Notes: generated by a model not told the origin, from the sequence alone. Counted from the stretch's first letter, positions 9,140 to 19,561 are shown. The stretch is 64,000 nt of DNA from an uncultured archaeon (GCA_938034445.1 CALHLD010000010.1:6774-70773), one strand, 5' to 3'. Made by a program: numbers and translations.

Positions 9140-9346
9140 ATGAAGGTTACAAATAAGGGAACAATTATAGTAATAGAATGGAATATAAACAGTACTGATG
9201 ATGTAAAGGAGGCAAAAGAATATTTCAATAGTCTTACAAGGCAGGGGTGGATTGCTGTAGTAGAAAATGGTAAACTGCATAGGCTATTAGAATTTAAAAA
9301 AGATGTGGGCAAAATATTATTTATTCCATTAGTGGAAGGGGGCTAA
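9140..9346 (+). CDS. Small protein ending in Gly-Gly (possible ubiquitin-like/sulfur carrier)
   Basis: 68 aa ending ILFIPLVEGG; divergent from aor. Confidence 0.65.
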   Translation: MKVTNKGTIIVIEWNINSTDDVKEAKEYFNSLTRQGWIAVVENGKLHRLLEFKKDVGKILFIPLVEGG

Positions 9347-9458
9347 AAACATTATTTCATTTAATGACTCTATATACTATTCTATAATATGGAGTTTGGT
9401 GGAAATCTTTTAAAGAAACCGGTCTAATAGTCTTGCGTCTATACTTCGAAAAGTAAAA

Positions 9459-9833
9459 ATGAAGTGTATTCTGATTATTGCATCGGTTGTAGTAGCTATA
9501 GTATTTGTTGCAGGATTTTTATCAGGATATCCGCCCATTGTAGGAAAATGGTTGTTGAATCGGCATCCGTTGGAAGTATACTATTATCGATTCCATTAAC
9601 TTCTGAGGAATGGTCCTTCAACCCTGATAGGACTTTTCAATACCATATGATAGTGTTCAAGGAATGCGAAATGGGGTCTAAAAGATGATAGGCTGACATT
9701 GATTTTAGGGAACACATCTATTTCTTTTACAGTAAAATTTTCAGAGAATAACAATAAAATGATGTGGGTTTACGAAGCAGATGTGCTTGGAACTAAAATA
9801 TTGATTACATTAAACTTTAACAGAATTACATAA
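9459..9833 (+). pseudogene. Frameshifted secreted lipocalin-like protein
   Basis: Three frames join into MKCILIIASVVVAIVFVAGFLSGYPPIVGKW / VVESASVGS...WSFNPDRTFQY / DDRLTLILGNTSISFTVKFSENNNKMMWVY...ITLNFNRIT*. Signal peptide plus GxW motif. Confidence 0.55.
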
Positions 9834-9855
9834 ATTCTAAAAAAAGGTTTTAGGT

Positions 9856-9876
9856 GGGAAGACTAACCTTCTTCCC
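9856..9876. terminator. Hairpin just downstream of cdvB
   Basis: GGGAAGA-ctaacct-TCTTCCC stem, followed on the minus strand by T-rich sequence. Confidence 0.35.
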
Positions 9877-9890
9877 CTATAAGTACACTC

Positions 9891-10529
9891 TTATGTAAAT
9901 GATGGTTCTCCAGTCGGTGCGCCTGTTGGAAGTTCTGGAAACTTTTCCTTCATTCTCTGTTCTGCTACAGCTGAGGCTTCCGCTAAAATCTTTTCAGCAT
10001 CCTCGTTTGCTGCCTCAAAGTTTAGTGTGGAACCACTTACTTGTCCAGCTTCTACAAGTATACTACTTAAAAGGTTACCTATTTCTCCTATTTCTTTTTC
10101 AGCTTCTGGTAATACTGAAATTATACCTTTCTTAACATTGTTCAATATTGACATAGCTGGAGCTAATGTTACTGCTATATCGCCAAGTTCAGTTATTGTA
10201 TTAAGCCTGAGTACTATCTGTTCGAGAGCAAGTTTTGATGAGGTTACAGTCTTAATCATTTTTCTTATTTCAGCAAGCTCGTTAGCGTAAACGTTAGCAT
10301 GTTCAGTATCATGTTTTTGTAATGCCATTACAACCTTATTGAAGATTATTGCATCTCTTTCCTTAAGTTTTGATGCTGTCGCATCAAGTTTTGAAATCTG
10401 AGCCTGTATAGCTCTAGTCGCATTCTCAAGTTTTGGCTTTAATGGACCAGAAGGTACTATAGCTTCCCTAACTCTTTCACCCACTCCTGGCTTCTTATCA
10501 CTTACCCACTTTTGCTCAAATTTAGACAT
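9891..10529 (-). CDS. cdvB: CdvB-like ESCRT-III (Snf7 family) protein
   Basis: GPLKPKLE, YANELAEIRK, KLALEQIVLRLNTITELGD, AEKILAEASAVAE...KFPELP. Confidence 0.9.
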   Translation of the reverse strand: MSKFEQKWVSDKKPGVGERVREAIVPSGPLKPKLENATRAIQAQISKLDATASKLKERDAIIFNKVVMALQKHDTEHANVYANELAEIRKMIKTVTSSKLALEQIVLRLNTITELGDIAVTLAPAMSILNNVKKGIISVLPEAEKEIGEIGNLLSSILVEAGQVSGSTLNFEAANEDAEKILAEASAVAEQRMKEKFPELPTGAPTGEPSFT

Positions 10530-10705
10530 ACACTTACCACTAAGTGGTGGTTTAGACGCCTATCCAAAATAATGGATGTAACTGTAGCTTATGTTACCAC
10601 GGTGACAAGGCAATTGGTGACAGTTTATGGAAAAATTCGAATTAAACTCAATGTTATATTATATATTATTATGGTTGTAAGGAATTTTAATATACCATTG
10701 AATGA

Positions 10706-11080
10706 ATGTACTATGTAATGATTAAGATAGAATATAAGCAGGTAATAGTAGTTAGAACTGACATACGTATGGGTAAAGGAAAGCTTGCAGTACAAGTCGC
10801 GCACGCTGCTGTCTCAGCATCAGAAAATGCTAGAAAAAGTAGACCTGAATGGTATGATGAGTGGCTTAAATCGGGTCAGAAAAAGGCTGTTTTAAAGGTG
10901 TCCTCATTGGAGGAATTGATTGAATTAAAAAATAAGTGTGAATTTTTAGGTTTACCGTTTTCATTGATTGAGGATGCTGGTCTAACGCAACTTGAACCAG
11001 GAACAATTACTGCATTAGGTATAGGGCCGGCTCCAGAGCATATAATTGATTCAGTAACAGGCAAACTTAAACTATTTTGA
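10706..11080 (+). CDS. pth2: Peptidyl-tRNA hydrolase Pth2
   Basis: [39 protein letters not shown]. Confidence 0.96.
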   Translation: MYYVMIKIEYKQVIVVRTDIRMGKGKLAVQVAHAAVSASENARKSRPEWYDEWLKSGQKKAVLKVSSLEELIELKNKCEFLGLPFSLIEDAGLTQLEPGTITALGIGPAPEHIIDSVTGKLKLF

Positions 11081-11175
11081 CATTCTCCACAACTTAAGCC
11101 AAGAACTTCCGGTTTGTCGCTCTTAAGGGTTCATCCTACTGAGTTCCGGGCTCTGTCAAGGTAGCTACATCTGCT
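11077..11175 (-). mobile_element. Degenerate IS200/IS605-type right-end remnant (no transposase/TnpB)
   Basis: Minus strand ...GATGAACCC...GGAAGTTCTTGGCTTAAGTTGTGGAGAATGTCAA resembles archaeal IS605 right ends (hairpin then GGAGGATGTCA). GC-richer than its flanks. Confidence 0.4.
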
Positions 11176-11218
11176 AACTTTTGTTAGTAAAAAATATAAA
11201 TAGTATTTTCTTGAATGT

Positions 11219-11734
11219 ATGAACATGTCTTCTAAATTGATGAAGGAGGATATTGCTAAAATGTTTCTTTGTTCAAGTATTCTCGAAGAACGTGTTTTAA
11301 AAGCGTATCAGAGCCTTGCTGACCGCGTGATGGATAAGCGAGTGTCAAAACTTTTGGAGATAATGGTGCACGATGGTAGAAAACATTCTGTTTTACTAAA
11401 ACTTTTAAGCGAAAGCATTGCAAAAGTCGACGTTAATGAAATCGAATGCGAAAAACTGTTTGGTGAATCATGGAAAATCGTAGACGATCTAGCAAAGGCT
11501 GAAGTATACAGTGTCCCAGAAAAAATGGATTTGGCTACCTTGATAAAGAAAATGGCTACTTTAGAAAGCTATGTGAGTGAAGAGTATATGACATCAGCTC
11601 ATCTTGTTTTAACAAGAATGGCGGCAGAAGAAATTGGTTTACAACTTGATATAATAAAAGATTTTATAGACTGGATTATAGTGGATGAAGGAAGGCATGT
11701 GAAAATAGTGGAAATAATTTCAAAATTGACTTAA
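11219..11734 (+). CDS. Ferritin-like/rubrerythrin-like four-helix protein
   Basis: LEE..AYQSLA, DGRKH and DEGRH diiron-type motifs. Confidence 0.75.
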   Translation: MNMSSKLMKEDIAKMFLCSSILEERVLKAYQSLADRVMDKRVSKLLEIMVHDGRKHSVLLKLLSESIAKVDVNEIECEKLFGESWKIVDDLAKAEVYSVPEKMDLATLIKKMATLESYVSEEYMTSAHLVLTRMAAEEIGLQLDIIKDFIDWIIVDEGRHVKIVEIISKLT

Positions 11735-11899
11735 AATAAAATTATGGAAGTTTAAACAATGAGTATCCAATCTTTAATCTATGAATAGAATTATATTTTC
11801 AAGCTCGTATAAAAAGCATATTTTTGTATAATTGGATATTTTTATAATTATAGGTAGGATTATTGCATTATAAAAAAAATTTTGGGTTGTTAAAAATAT

Positions 11900-12679
11900 T
11901 TAGTCCCATGGAGGCCAGTACTCAGGGAACCATGTTAACTTATCGGGATACGCATATGCAAATATGTAATATGGGTTAAGGTAATAGTAGTCTTCAGGGT
12001 ACCCTCTTAACTTTAAGGTATGTGTTTCTATTCTTCCAGTCGGAAGCCACTGACCATTTTCCCGATCAAATTCGTAAACTTGTCCTGTTAACTTTACTGT
12101 TAAACTTATATAATATACTGGTGGGCCACTAGCACAAATATATGATCCACTTATTGTAGCCTTTGATCCATATACATCTTTTGCACTAATTTTAAAGACA
12201 ACCTTTTCCCAATCAGCATAGTCTGGACCGGACACAGGCCTTACAGTAAAGGAGCCCCCTCCAGAAACCCTATATTCTTCTTCCTGTGTTGGAGTCCAAT
12301 AGCTCCAGCCCCCATCATCTTCTTCCCCTTCCACATACTTTAGGGTACCAAACACTATAGTTTCAACAAATTCACTTCCTTTTTCTAAATCATAGCCAGC
12401 AATTATATGAGATACTGCAAAAAGTTCGAAATCATTTAATCCAGCCTTTCCTACTGGAGGATCAAGGTCTCTTATAGCGAAAATCCATGCCTCATAGTAT
12501 ATTATTCTTCCCATAGGTGGTGGTTCGCTCTGTGCTACAGTATACTAATATGCATAAAAGAGTGTGTTAGGTCCGTATACTTCATTTAAGACACCATTCG
12601 CTATTGGTATGCTGCTAAACAATAAGAAGGATATTAATAGTGTGATAGACACAGAATACTTTAATTTTTTTATTCTCAT
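11900..12679 (-). pseudogene. Secreted hypothetical protein interrupted by an in-frame TAG
   Basis: ATG 12679 gives signal peptide MRIKKLKYSVSITLLISFLLFSSIPIANG. TAG at codon 45 (12547-12545); the same frame continues into ORF 11900..12514. Confidence 0.7.
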
Positions 12680-12726
12680 AGCTTTAAGTTACAGCAGTTA
12701 TTGTATTTAAGTATTTTATATTTTAA

Positions 12727-13734
12727 TTAATACATAAGTGAAAATATTAGTAGTATTAAATAATATAATGCTAATGTTGTGAAGATTTCCCTATTTTTCT
12801 CCGGCAAGTTCTTTTTGAATAACTTTTTTGTAGGATAGGTTAGAATTTTTGTAATCTTTTTGGGCAACGGTATTAAAAAGTTTGTTCTATCACGATATTG
12901 GATATATTCTATTCCATGATATTTTATCATGTCTTTTTCTTCATATAATGCTAATGCTATAATTATCATTATCATGCTCAGCCATAGTAGGGGTGGTGGT
13001 GCAAAATATCCTCCTTTTGGAGGAGTAAAAATGTACTTGTCATATAATAGTAATGCATATGTCCATAGTATGAAACTTAAGTATTGTGGGTGCCGAGAGT
13101 ATTTGTAGATTCCTGAAGTTATAATATTTTGTTTGATGAATTTGTTGTAAAGCCAGGTTGCACATGCTAAAAAGAAGATTGTTGCACTTAATAATATTAT
13201 TATGAAGAAGAATATGATGTCGAATAGATTTGCTAAGTCTGTGTTGTTACTTAAAAAGCCAATAAAACCTACGACAAGTCTTATGATATCATAGGGTAAG
13301 TACACTATATCGCCTAGTTCGAATATATTTTTTGCAAAATATATTTTTTCTGGCCATGTTTCTCCAGGAGATAATTCTATTATTGGAAGCCATAGAATTC
13401 TAAGGATACCGATACCTGCTAGAAAGAACATTGTTGAAGCAAAGTAGCTGAATGTTGGAAGATATAATGCTAAAGAGCCAAGAAAAGAAATTTTTCTATT
13501 CTTTGAAACAAATCCTAAGACGATTAGGCTCAATGTAATTATTAAACCGAAGTATCCGATAGGTTTTATTGTTTCAATAAATTTTTCTGCATCCTGCCAG
13601 TTTAGACCATAATCAATAAACTGTTCTCTTAAAAACTCATTAACTAATATTGGAAGTTGTAGCGTAGAATATAGTATTGTAATTGCAAAAATTGCTGACA
13701 ATATTATTGAATATAATATCAGATTCTTTTTCAT
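12727..13734 (-). CDS. ICMT/PEMT-family membrane methyltransferase
   Basis: Multi-TM; GIYKYSRHPQY and EEKDM..YHGIEYIQYR motifs. Confidence 0.8.
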   Translation of the reverse strand: MKKNLILYSIILSAIFAITILYSTLQLPILVNEFLREQFIDYGLNWQDAEKFIETIKPIGYFGLIITLSLIVLGFVSKNRKISFLGSLALYLPTFSYFASTMFFLAGIGILRILWLPIIELSPGETWPEKIYFAKNIFELGDIVYLPYDIIRLVVGFIGFLSNNTDLANLFDIIFFFIIILLSATIFFLACATWLYNKFIKQNIITSGIYKYSRHPQYLSFILWTYALLLYDKYIFTPPKGGYFAPPPLLWLSMIMIIIALALYEEKDMIKYHGIEYIQYRDRTNFLIPLPKKITKILTYPTKKLFKKNLPEKNREIFTTLALYYLILLIFSLMY

Positions 13735-13962
13735 ACTTGTATTTTTTTAAAGTAGTTTTATAATTCTATATTTTAGAACATATTCTTTTTTAGGAACAAT
13801 GTTTTAAAAGAGAAGGTGACGTTATTTAAAGATTGGATTTATTGGAGCACCGACTTTTCTTCAAAATATATTGTAAGGTATGGATTTTAGGTCAAATCAG
13901 CAGGATTAACATCTATACTACTCACAATTTTATAAATTGTGTTAATTTAGTAATTTTTTATT

Positions 13963-16605
13963 TTAGGATGTGGGGCATGCAACCCAACCACAATCAAGAC
14001 ACTTTATACACTCATCTTGGAAGATGAGATTTTTGCTTCCACATTCTTGACATGTTTCAAACTTTTTTCTCTCATGTGCTATGCTTCTTTCTTCTGTTAG
14101 GAGTTTAGGCTCCTCTAGTAACACGTGCTTTTTCACAGCTTCCTCAACAACTTTTTTGCCTAGTATGTTTGTTATGTCTATTCCCAAGTTTCTCATTATC
14201 TCTATTGTCTTGTTTTCTGTTAATGTAGTGTATGTGCCCTGTTTTTGTGATGGTGTAACAAGTACTTGAATACTTTTTGAAGTGTCCCGATATATTGTTA
14301 GACTCTTTAACCCTATCTTGTAGCTGAACAAGTATGCTTTTTCGACATCTTCCACAGTAACCCATTTTGGCATGTTTACTGTCTTGCTTATTGATGCGCA
14401 TACCCATGTCTGCGCCTCTGCTTGTGCCCTTATGTGATCCCACCATGGTATATCATATGCTACAAGGAACACTTTCCTAATTTCTTCTGGAATTTCTTCA
14501 ATACCTTGTAGTGAGCCTCCGTTGTCAGCAACCTTTTTTAGAATCTTTTCATCATATAATCCCCTTTCTTTTAATGCTCTTTCGAATTCTATATCAACGT
14601 AAAAGAACTTTCCGACAGTAACCCTTTTTTCGTAAACTAGAGCAAACTGTGGTTCGATTCCAGATGAAACATCAAATATCATAGAGATTGATCCTGTTGG
14701 TGCAACAGTTGTCACTTCAGCATTTCTAATACCATGTGCTTTTATCCCTTCTAAAATCATGTTCCAATCTAGTGTCCAAATTTCTCTACGGTAAAAACCT
14801 TCAAATGGCATCTCTCCATCAACGTAAGCTGAATTCTTGTATAATGGAAACACACCCCTTTCTTTAGCCCGTTCAATTGAGGCTTTCATCGCATAATATG
14901 TTAAGTTTTCTGTTAATGTTCTAATAAAGGAGAAGCCTTCCTCACTATTATAGGGTATATTTAAGGCGAAGAGGGCGTCAGCTAAGCCCATAAAACCTAA
15001 ACCAACTTTCCTACTACGTTTTGTATACTCTTCAATCTTTTTTGTAGGATACTTGTTTACATCAACAATGTTATCGAGAAAATGTAGGGCTTTTACAACA
15101 GTTTCTCTAAATCCCTGCCAATCGAAAGTATTATCTTCCTTCACGAAAGCGTACACATTAATTGAACCGAGATTGCATGATTCGTAAGGATATAAAGGCT
15201 CTTCTCCACATGGGTTTGTCGTCCTTATTTCACCCAATGCTTTTTTTAGAATATTTCTCCTATTGATGTGGTCTAAGAAGATTACTCCAGGGTCTCCTGT
15301 CCTCCAAGCCATTTCAGCAATTTGGTGGAAGAGCGACTTTGGGTTAACTTCTTTCCAAACCTTTCCGTCTCTCGGGTTTCTTAGTGGATATGGTTTTCCT
15401 TCTTCATAATATTTCCAGAAATCCGGTGTTATTAGGACTGAAAGGTTGTAGTTTGTAAGTTTCCCTTCCTCTCCTTTTGATGTAATGAATTTTTCGATGT
15501 CAGGATGCCATATTTCGAGTATACCCATGTTTGCCCCTCTTCTTTTTCCACCTTGTTTGATGACATCTGTAACTTTATCGATTATTTGCATGAAGCTTGT
15601 TGGACCTGATGCTACTCCTCCTGTTGAGAATACTGTGTCACCTTCTGGCCTAAGTTTTGAAAAGTTTATTCCAACTCCTCCACCTGACTTGAAGATTAAT
15701 GCAGCATCTTTTGCGGTATCCATGATAGAATCGATGCTATCTTCTACGTCTAGAACAAAGCATGCAGAAAGCTGACTTAATCTTGCACCTGCATTAAATA
15801 AAGTTGGAGAATTTGGGAGGAACCTTTTTTCAACCATTAAATTATAGTATTCTTGAAAATTTTGGTAGTATTTTTCAAACTTTCCTTCTAAAATCATGTT
15901 CCAAAATTTGTTCCATGGAATTTTCATTTTGCCTGCATTATTTAATTCATCATATAATGTTTTCATTCTTTCAAGATGGTGTTTATTCCATTTGAATGCA
16001 AAACCATTACTATTTTTTCCTAAACCAACCTTGTTACTCCATTCCTCAAAATTAAATTGTTCAAAGGGATGGGGTGATAGTGTTTCTTCCTTTGAAAAAA
16101 CTTCTTCATCGTATAATATGTCGGGTATGACGACTAATGCTGCAACACGTTTAAACATTCCCTTGGGATCTTCTATAAGTTTACCTTCTTCATTTCTTAA
16201 AAGATATCTTGAAACAATAAGCCTTATGGCATTCAAACTTAATTTCTTATCGACTTCGTCAACATAATCCTTTTCAAGTAAAATCATCTTTTCCTTTCTA
16301 ATATTCTCCCTCTCCCTTCTGTATAGAATATAGGCTTTAGCAACCTCATATAGACCATATTTTACAAGAGCTAACTCAACTATATCCTGTATTTCTTCTA
16401 CATGAGGGTATGTTTCAGCTTCTCCAAATTTTTCATTAATAACTTTTAAAACATGCTGTACAACTTTCTTCAAACTTTCTTTATTATATTTTCCAACACT
16501 TACCATAGCCTTTTTTACAGCATTCTCTATTCTAGATGCATCAAAATCGACAACACGTCCATCCCGCTTAACAACTTTTTTTACTCTAGGTACTGGATAC
16601 GCCAA
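13963..16605 (-). CDS. nrdJ: Class II (AdoCbl-dependent) ribonucleotide reductase with ATP cone
   Basis: VVKRDG ATP cone, PNSPTLFNAG, SACFV, TNPCGE, CNLGS, APTGSIS; C-terminal CxxC...CxxC. Confidence 0.96.
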   Translation of the reverse strand: MAYPVPRVKKVVKRDGRVVDFDASRIENAVKKAMVSVGKYNKESLKKVVQHVLKVINEKFGEAETYPHVEEIQDIVELALVKYGLYEVAKAYILYRRERENIRKEKMILLEKDYVDEVDKKLSLNAIRLIVSRYLLRNEEGKLIEDPKGMFKRVAALVVIPDILYDEEVFSKEETLSPHPFEQFNFEEWSNKVGLGKNSNGFAFKWNKHHLERMKTLYDELNNAGKMKIPWNKFWNMILEGKFEKYYQNFQEYYNLMVEKRFLPNSPTLFNAGARLSQLSACFVLDVEDSIDSIMDTAKDAALIFKSGGGVGINFSKLRPEGDTVFSTGGVASGPTSFMQIIDKVTDVIKQGGKRRGANMGILEIWHPDIEKFITSKGEEGKLTNYNLSVLITPDFWKYYEEGKPYPLRNPRDGKVWKEVNPKSLFHQIAEMAWRTGDPGVIFLDHINRRNILKKALGEIRTTNPCGEEPLYPYESCNLGSINVYAFVKEDNTFDWQGFRETVVKALHFLDNIVDVNKYPTKKIEEYTKRSRKVGLGFMGLADALFALNIPYNSEEGFSFIRTLTENLTYYAMKASIERAKERGVFPLYKNSAYVDGEMPFEGFYRREIWTLDWNMILEGIKAHGIRNAEVTTVAPTGSISMIFDVSSGIEPQFALVYEKRVTVGKFFYVDIEFERALKERGLYDEKILKKVADNGGSLQGIEEIPEEIRKVFLVAYDIPWWDHIRAQAEAQTWVCASISKTVNMPKWVTVEDVEKAYLFSYKIGLKSLTIYRDTSKSIQVLVTPSQKQGTYTTLTENKTIEIMRNLGIDITNILGKKVVEEAVKKHVLLEEPKLLTEERSIAHERKKFETCQECGSKNLIFQDECIKCLDCGWVACPTS

Positions 16606-16727
16606 AGCTAAACACTAACAATAGTAACAAATATAATGTTTTTAAAACTTACCTATTAATAAACTCACGCTAAAAATAAGACTTATATTCCCAAACCTAA
16701 TATAGTTGAATGTTTTAAAACTAAAAT

Positions 16728-17540
16728 TTATAGCTTTACTATTAAAGCTTTCACGATATGTTCTAATTCAAATTTTTCTAGATTTAGCTCAAAAACTTTT
16801 CCAGAATCAAGTTTTTCAAAGTCATTTCTTTGTTCGTCAACTATGTTTTTTAATTTTTCTAGCTTCAATAGAGTTGCCTTAGAATTTTTTGCAGGCGCAT
16901 CAAATGTTGAAAAAATGTTTGGTGCAATAAGATAGGATAGTGCAAGCATCGTCCAGCATACATCCCTTATCTCCCATTGTGCCGAAGGATCACATCTTAG
17001 ACTGTATATGTGCCTTAATTCTCTTGGATTTGCGGTCAAAGTTATGTTGGTCACGGTAGCATTGGGTAATAGGAATCTTGCATCCTCTTTGTTCACCTTA
17101 TCTAAGAGTATTTTATAATATTCTGCTGATATTCTCATGAAATCGTCGTAGGATAAATTTAATTTAGAGTCACCTAATTTTATTTTTGCTCTGAAGTCTT
17201 TTATTGACGGTGGTGTAATATACCATTTTCCTTCACCTTCTATGTTCACATGCCTTTGGCTTTGTTGAGAGAAGCTTGCCATTCTATGTCTAACAAGTTG
17301 ATGTGTTAAAACTCTACTGACTCCTTGTAGAGAAAAGGTTAAGACACCATGTTCTAATACACTATAATGTCCAAGTTCAACTGCTTTATTAATCAGTTTC
17401 TCTACCATGAATTGTGTAAAATTTTCTTGATCAAGATAAAGTTCGTGAGCAGCCTTGCTTGAATAGCAGCTTCTCATAGCCGCGGCACATAGCCTTTCAA
17501 TTTTTGGAGTATATGACATTAAGCAAACTTTTGTATCCAT
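16728..17540 (-). CDS. thyX: FAD-dependent thymidylate synthase
   Basis: GHYSVLEH, SRVLTHQLVRHRMASFSQQSQRH, EDARFLLP, AQWEIR. Confidence 0.95.
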   Translation of the reverse strand: MDTKVCLMSYTPKIERLCAAAMRSCYSSKAAHELYLDQENFTQFMVEKLINKAVELGHYSVLEHGVLTFSLQGVSRVLTHQLVRHRMASFSQQSQRHVNIEGEGKWYITPPSIKDFRAKIKLGDSKLNLSYDDFMRISAEYYKILLDKVNKEDARFLLPNATVTNITLTANPRELRHIYSLRCDPSAQWEIRDVCWTMLALSYLIAPNIFSTFDAPAKNSKATLLKLEKLKNIVDEQRNDFEKLDSGKVFELNLEKFELEHIVKALIVKL

Positions 17541-17598
17541 AACATAATTCTAGCCTATTTTTAAAATTATAAACTTTTGGAGTTATTCCGGATTCTTT

Positions 17599-18924
17599 TT
17601 AAACTTTTATTCCTGCTTTATCATTTACTCTCTTTAAGTTGATGCAATATGTAGGATATAATATTGTTCGAACGCTTATCTTATTTCTAAAATTTTTTAT
17701 AAGGCTTTCCTCTTCCTCAAAAGCCCATTTTGTTAAACTAAATAGTTCTTCTTTTCCAACCTTTTTATCCAGATACAAACTTATAATCCAATTTGTGTGA
17801 GCTATTATTTTCTTTTGTACCTCATTTTTAGATTTTAGGAAGACTCTCATATTATATCTATAATCTGTTTGAATCATTCTATGAATTTGTTCATGTACCC
17901 ACCAATATGAGTTGCTATCAAACTTGTTTGTAGGCTTCTTTCCTAAATCCGGTAATCCTGTTTCAAAAAATATTGGCTTAAATAGGCTCATGCAAGGTAA
18001 TGATGTTCCAGTAAACCAATGGATTTGCATTTTATCGCTAATCTGTGATATTTGGGATGAAGCAGTTTGAGATGGTCTCGTTAACCCTCCATAGTGCATG
18101 CATATGTCTCTCATGGAACCTTTTTCTGGGCTAAAAGGCTTTTTATTATGGACATTTAATATGCTAATAATGTATTCTAGGTTAATTTTTCCTTCCTTTT
18201 CTTTAAGCATTTTATAGGTGAATGTTCTCCTTTCTTTACCGTGAGCAAAATAGGTATAGAATCTATCTGAATAGCATTTAGCAAAACTAAAGTCTTTATC
18301 ATCTTTACACCATTTCTTTTCAATCGCGTGTTCTATAACATTTTTTGATGCAAGATCCCAATCTTTGTCGATTGTTAGCGCATTCGAAATACTATATACT
18401 GTCTCAATCTTTTTTGCAACCCAATATTTACCTGCAGTTTCAATAACCCATGCCTCTTTCTTATCCATGATGACAAATGAATTATGATATAATAACTTAC
18501 GTTCGTAACTTCCACTACCACCCTGTCCATATTCTTCAATAACGGCAATTATAAAGTCAAGAGCTTCTCTAGAATTTTTTGTCCTCTCCAACGCAAGTCT
18601 AATAATGTCCATACCTAAGATTCCAACCTCATTATAAGGTTCTTTAGTAAACACTGCAGTATTACCGATAACAAGTCCATGCTCGTTAGCTCCCATTTCT
18701 GCACCCCACATCCACCATGGTCTTGAAATGATAATCGAATATGTTTCCCTTACTTGGGGAAACTCTACATATGTAAGCTTCATCTTTTCTTCTTCATGCT
18801 GTTGTCTAGGATAAAACTCTATAACTTGCGCCTCATTTGGGTCTCTATCACTGTTTTTAGCAAATATCATTTCACCATTTTCAGTCACTGAGGAAGTAGC
18901 TACCAGTATATCACACATACTCAA
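17599..18924 (-). CDS. C69 family dipeptidase / secernin-like Ntn hydrolase
   Basis: N-terminal MCD, FAKNSDRDPNE, WMWGAEMGANEHG, SISN, ICMH. Confidence 0.9.
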   Translation of the reverse strand: MSMCDILVATSSVTENGEMIFAKNSDRDPNEAQVIEFYPRQQHEEEKMKLTYVEFPQVRETYSIIISRPWWMWGAEMGANEHGLVIGNTAVFTKEPYNEVGILGMDIIRLALERTKNSREALDFIIAVIEEYGQGGSGSYERKLLYHNSFVIMDKKEAWVIETAGKYWVAKKIETVYSISNALTIDKDWDLASKNVIEHAIEKKWCKDDKDFSFAKCYSDRFYTYFAHGKERRTFTYKMLKEKEGKINLEYIISILNVHNKKPFSPEKGSMRDICMHYGGLTRPSQTASSQISQISDKMQIHWFTGTSLPCMSLFKPIFFETGLPDLGKKPTNKFDSNSYWWVHEQIHRMIQTDYRYNMRVFLKSKNEVQKKIIAHTNWIISLYLDKKVGKEELFSLTKWAFEEEESLIKNFRNKISVRTILYPTYCINLKRVNDKAGIKV

Positions 18925-18975
18925 ATAGATTTGATGATAAAATAAATAAATTTTTAAAAATAATGAATTAGCCGA

Positions 18976-19461
18976 CTATGCAAAAAGTTGAAAGGTTTTT
19001 GTTTCCGTGTCAAACCCTTTTTTCATTAATATACTCTCTATTTCTATAATCACTATTTCAGCGAAACCGAATATTGTGCAACCTTCAATTACATGCCCAC
19101 CTACAACTTGAATACTTGTGCCATTATAATAAGAAAGAGTTGCATGAAGATGTACCGAAGGTTTGTCCTCAATAAGAGAAATATTTCCAGACAAAGAAAG
19201 AATTTCTAGAGGCCCATCAAACGAAACTATAATCCTATGCTCATCCGAAATGGGAAACTTTTCAGGAAAAATTTTAACGTTTCTAATACGAGCTTTTTCA
19301 AGTAATCCCACTCCTGAAATTATGACACCAGCTTTTATCTCATTTTCTTCAACAATTTTCTTTAAAGACAGAAGCAAATCGTTTCCTGTCTTTAATCTGG
19401 CGACTAAAATCTTACCTGCAGTACCAAATCTATAAATGGGATCATTAATCAAAGTTCTCAC
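18976..19461 (-). CDS. PPC (DUF296) domain protein
   Basis: RLKTGNDLL, LEILSLSGNI, HLHATL, VGGHV. Confidence 0.88.
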   Translation of the reverse strand: MRTLINDPIYRFGTAGKILVARLKTGNDLLLSLKKIVEENEIKAGVIISGVGLLEKARIRNVKIFPEKFPISDEHRIIVSFDGPLEILSLSGNISLIEDKPSVHLHATLSYYNGTSIQVVGGHVIEGCTIFGFAEIVIIEIESILMKKGFDTETKTFQLFA

Positions 19462-19561
19462 ACCAATTGATTAGCTTAAAGGAATAAAAAAACTTAATTT
19501 TTAGTAAAAAAATTAATACTTTTATACAAAGAAGATTATTACTTATTATGAGGTAGATACG

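Noticed and set aside
12545-12547. Genome-wide amber recoding (pyrrolysine)
   Set aside because: TAG ends many conserved genes here at their expected termini (aor, AMP phosphorylase, hsp20).
15860-16130. Possible intein in the ribonucleotide reductase
   Set aside because: The insert is short and lacks the N-terminal Cys/Ser block and the C-terminal HN-C/S/T.
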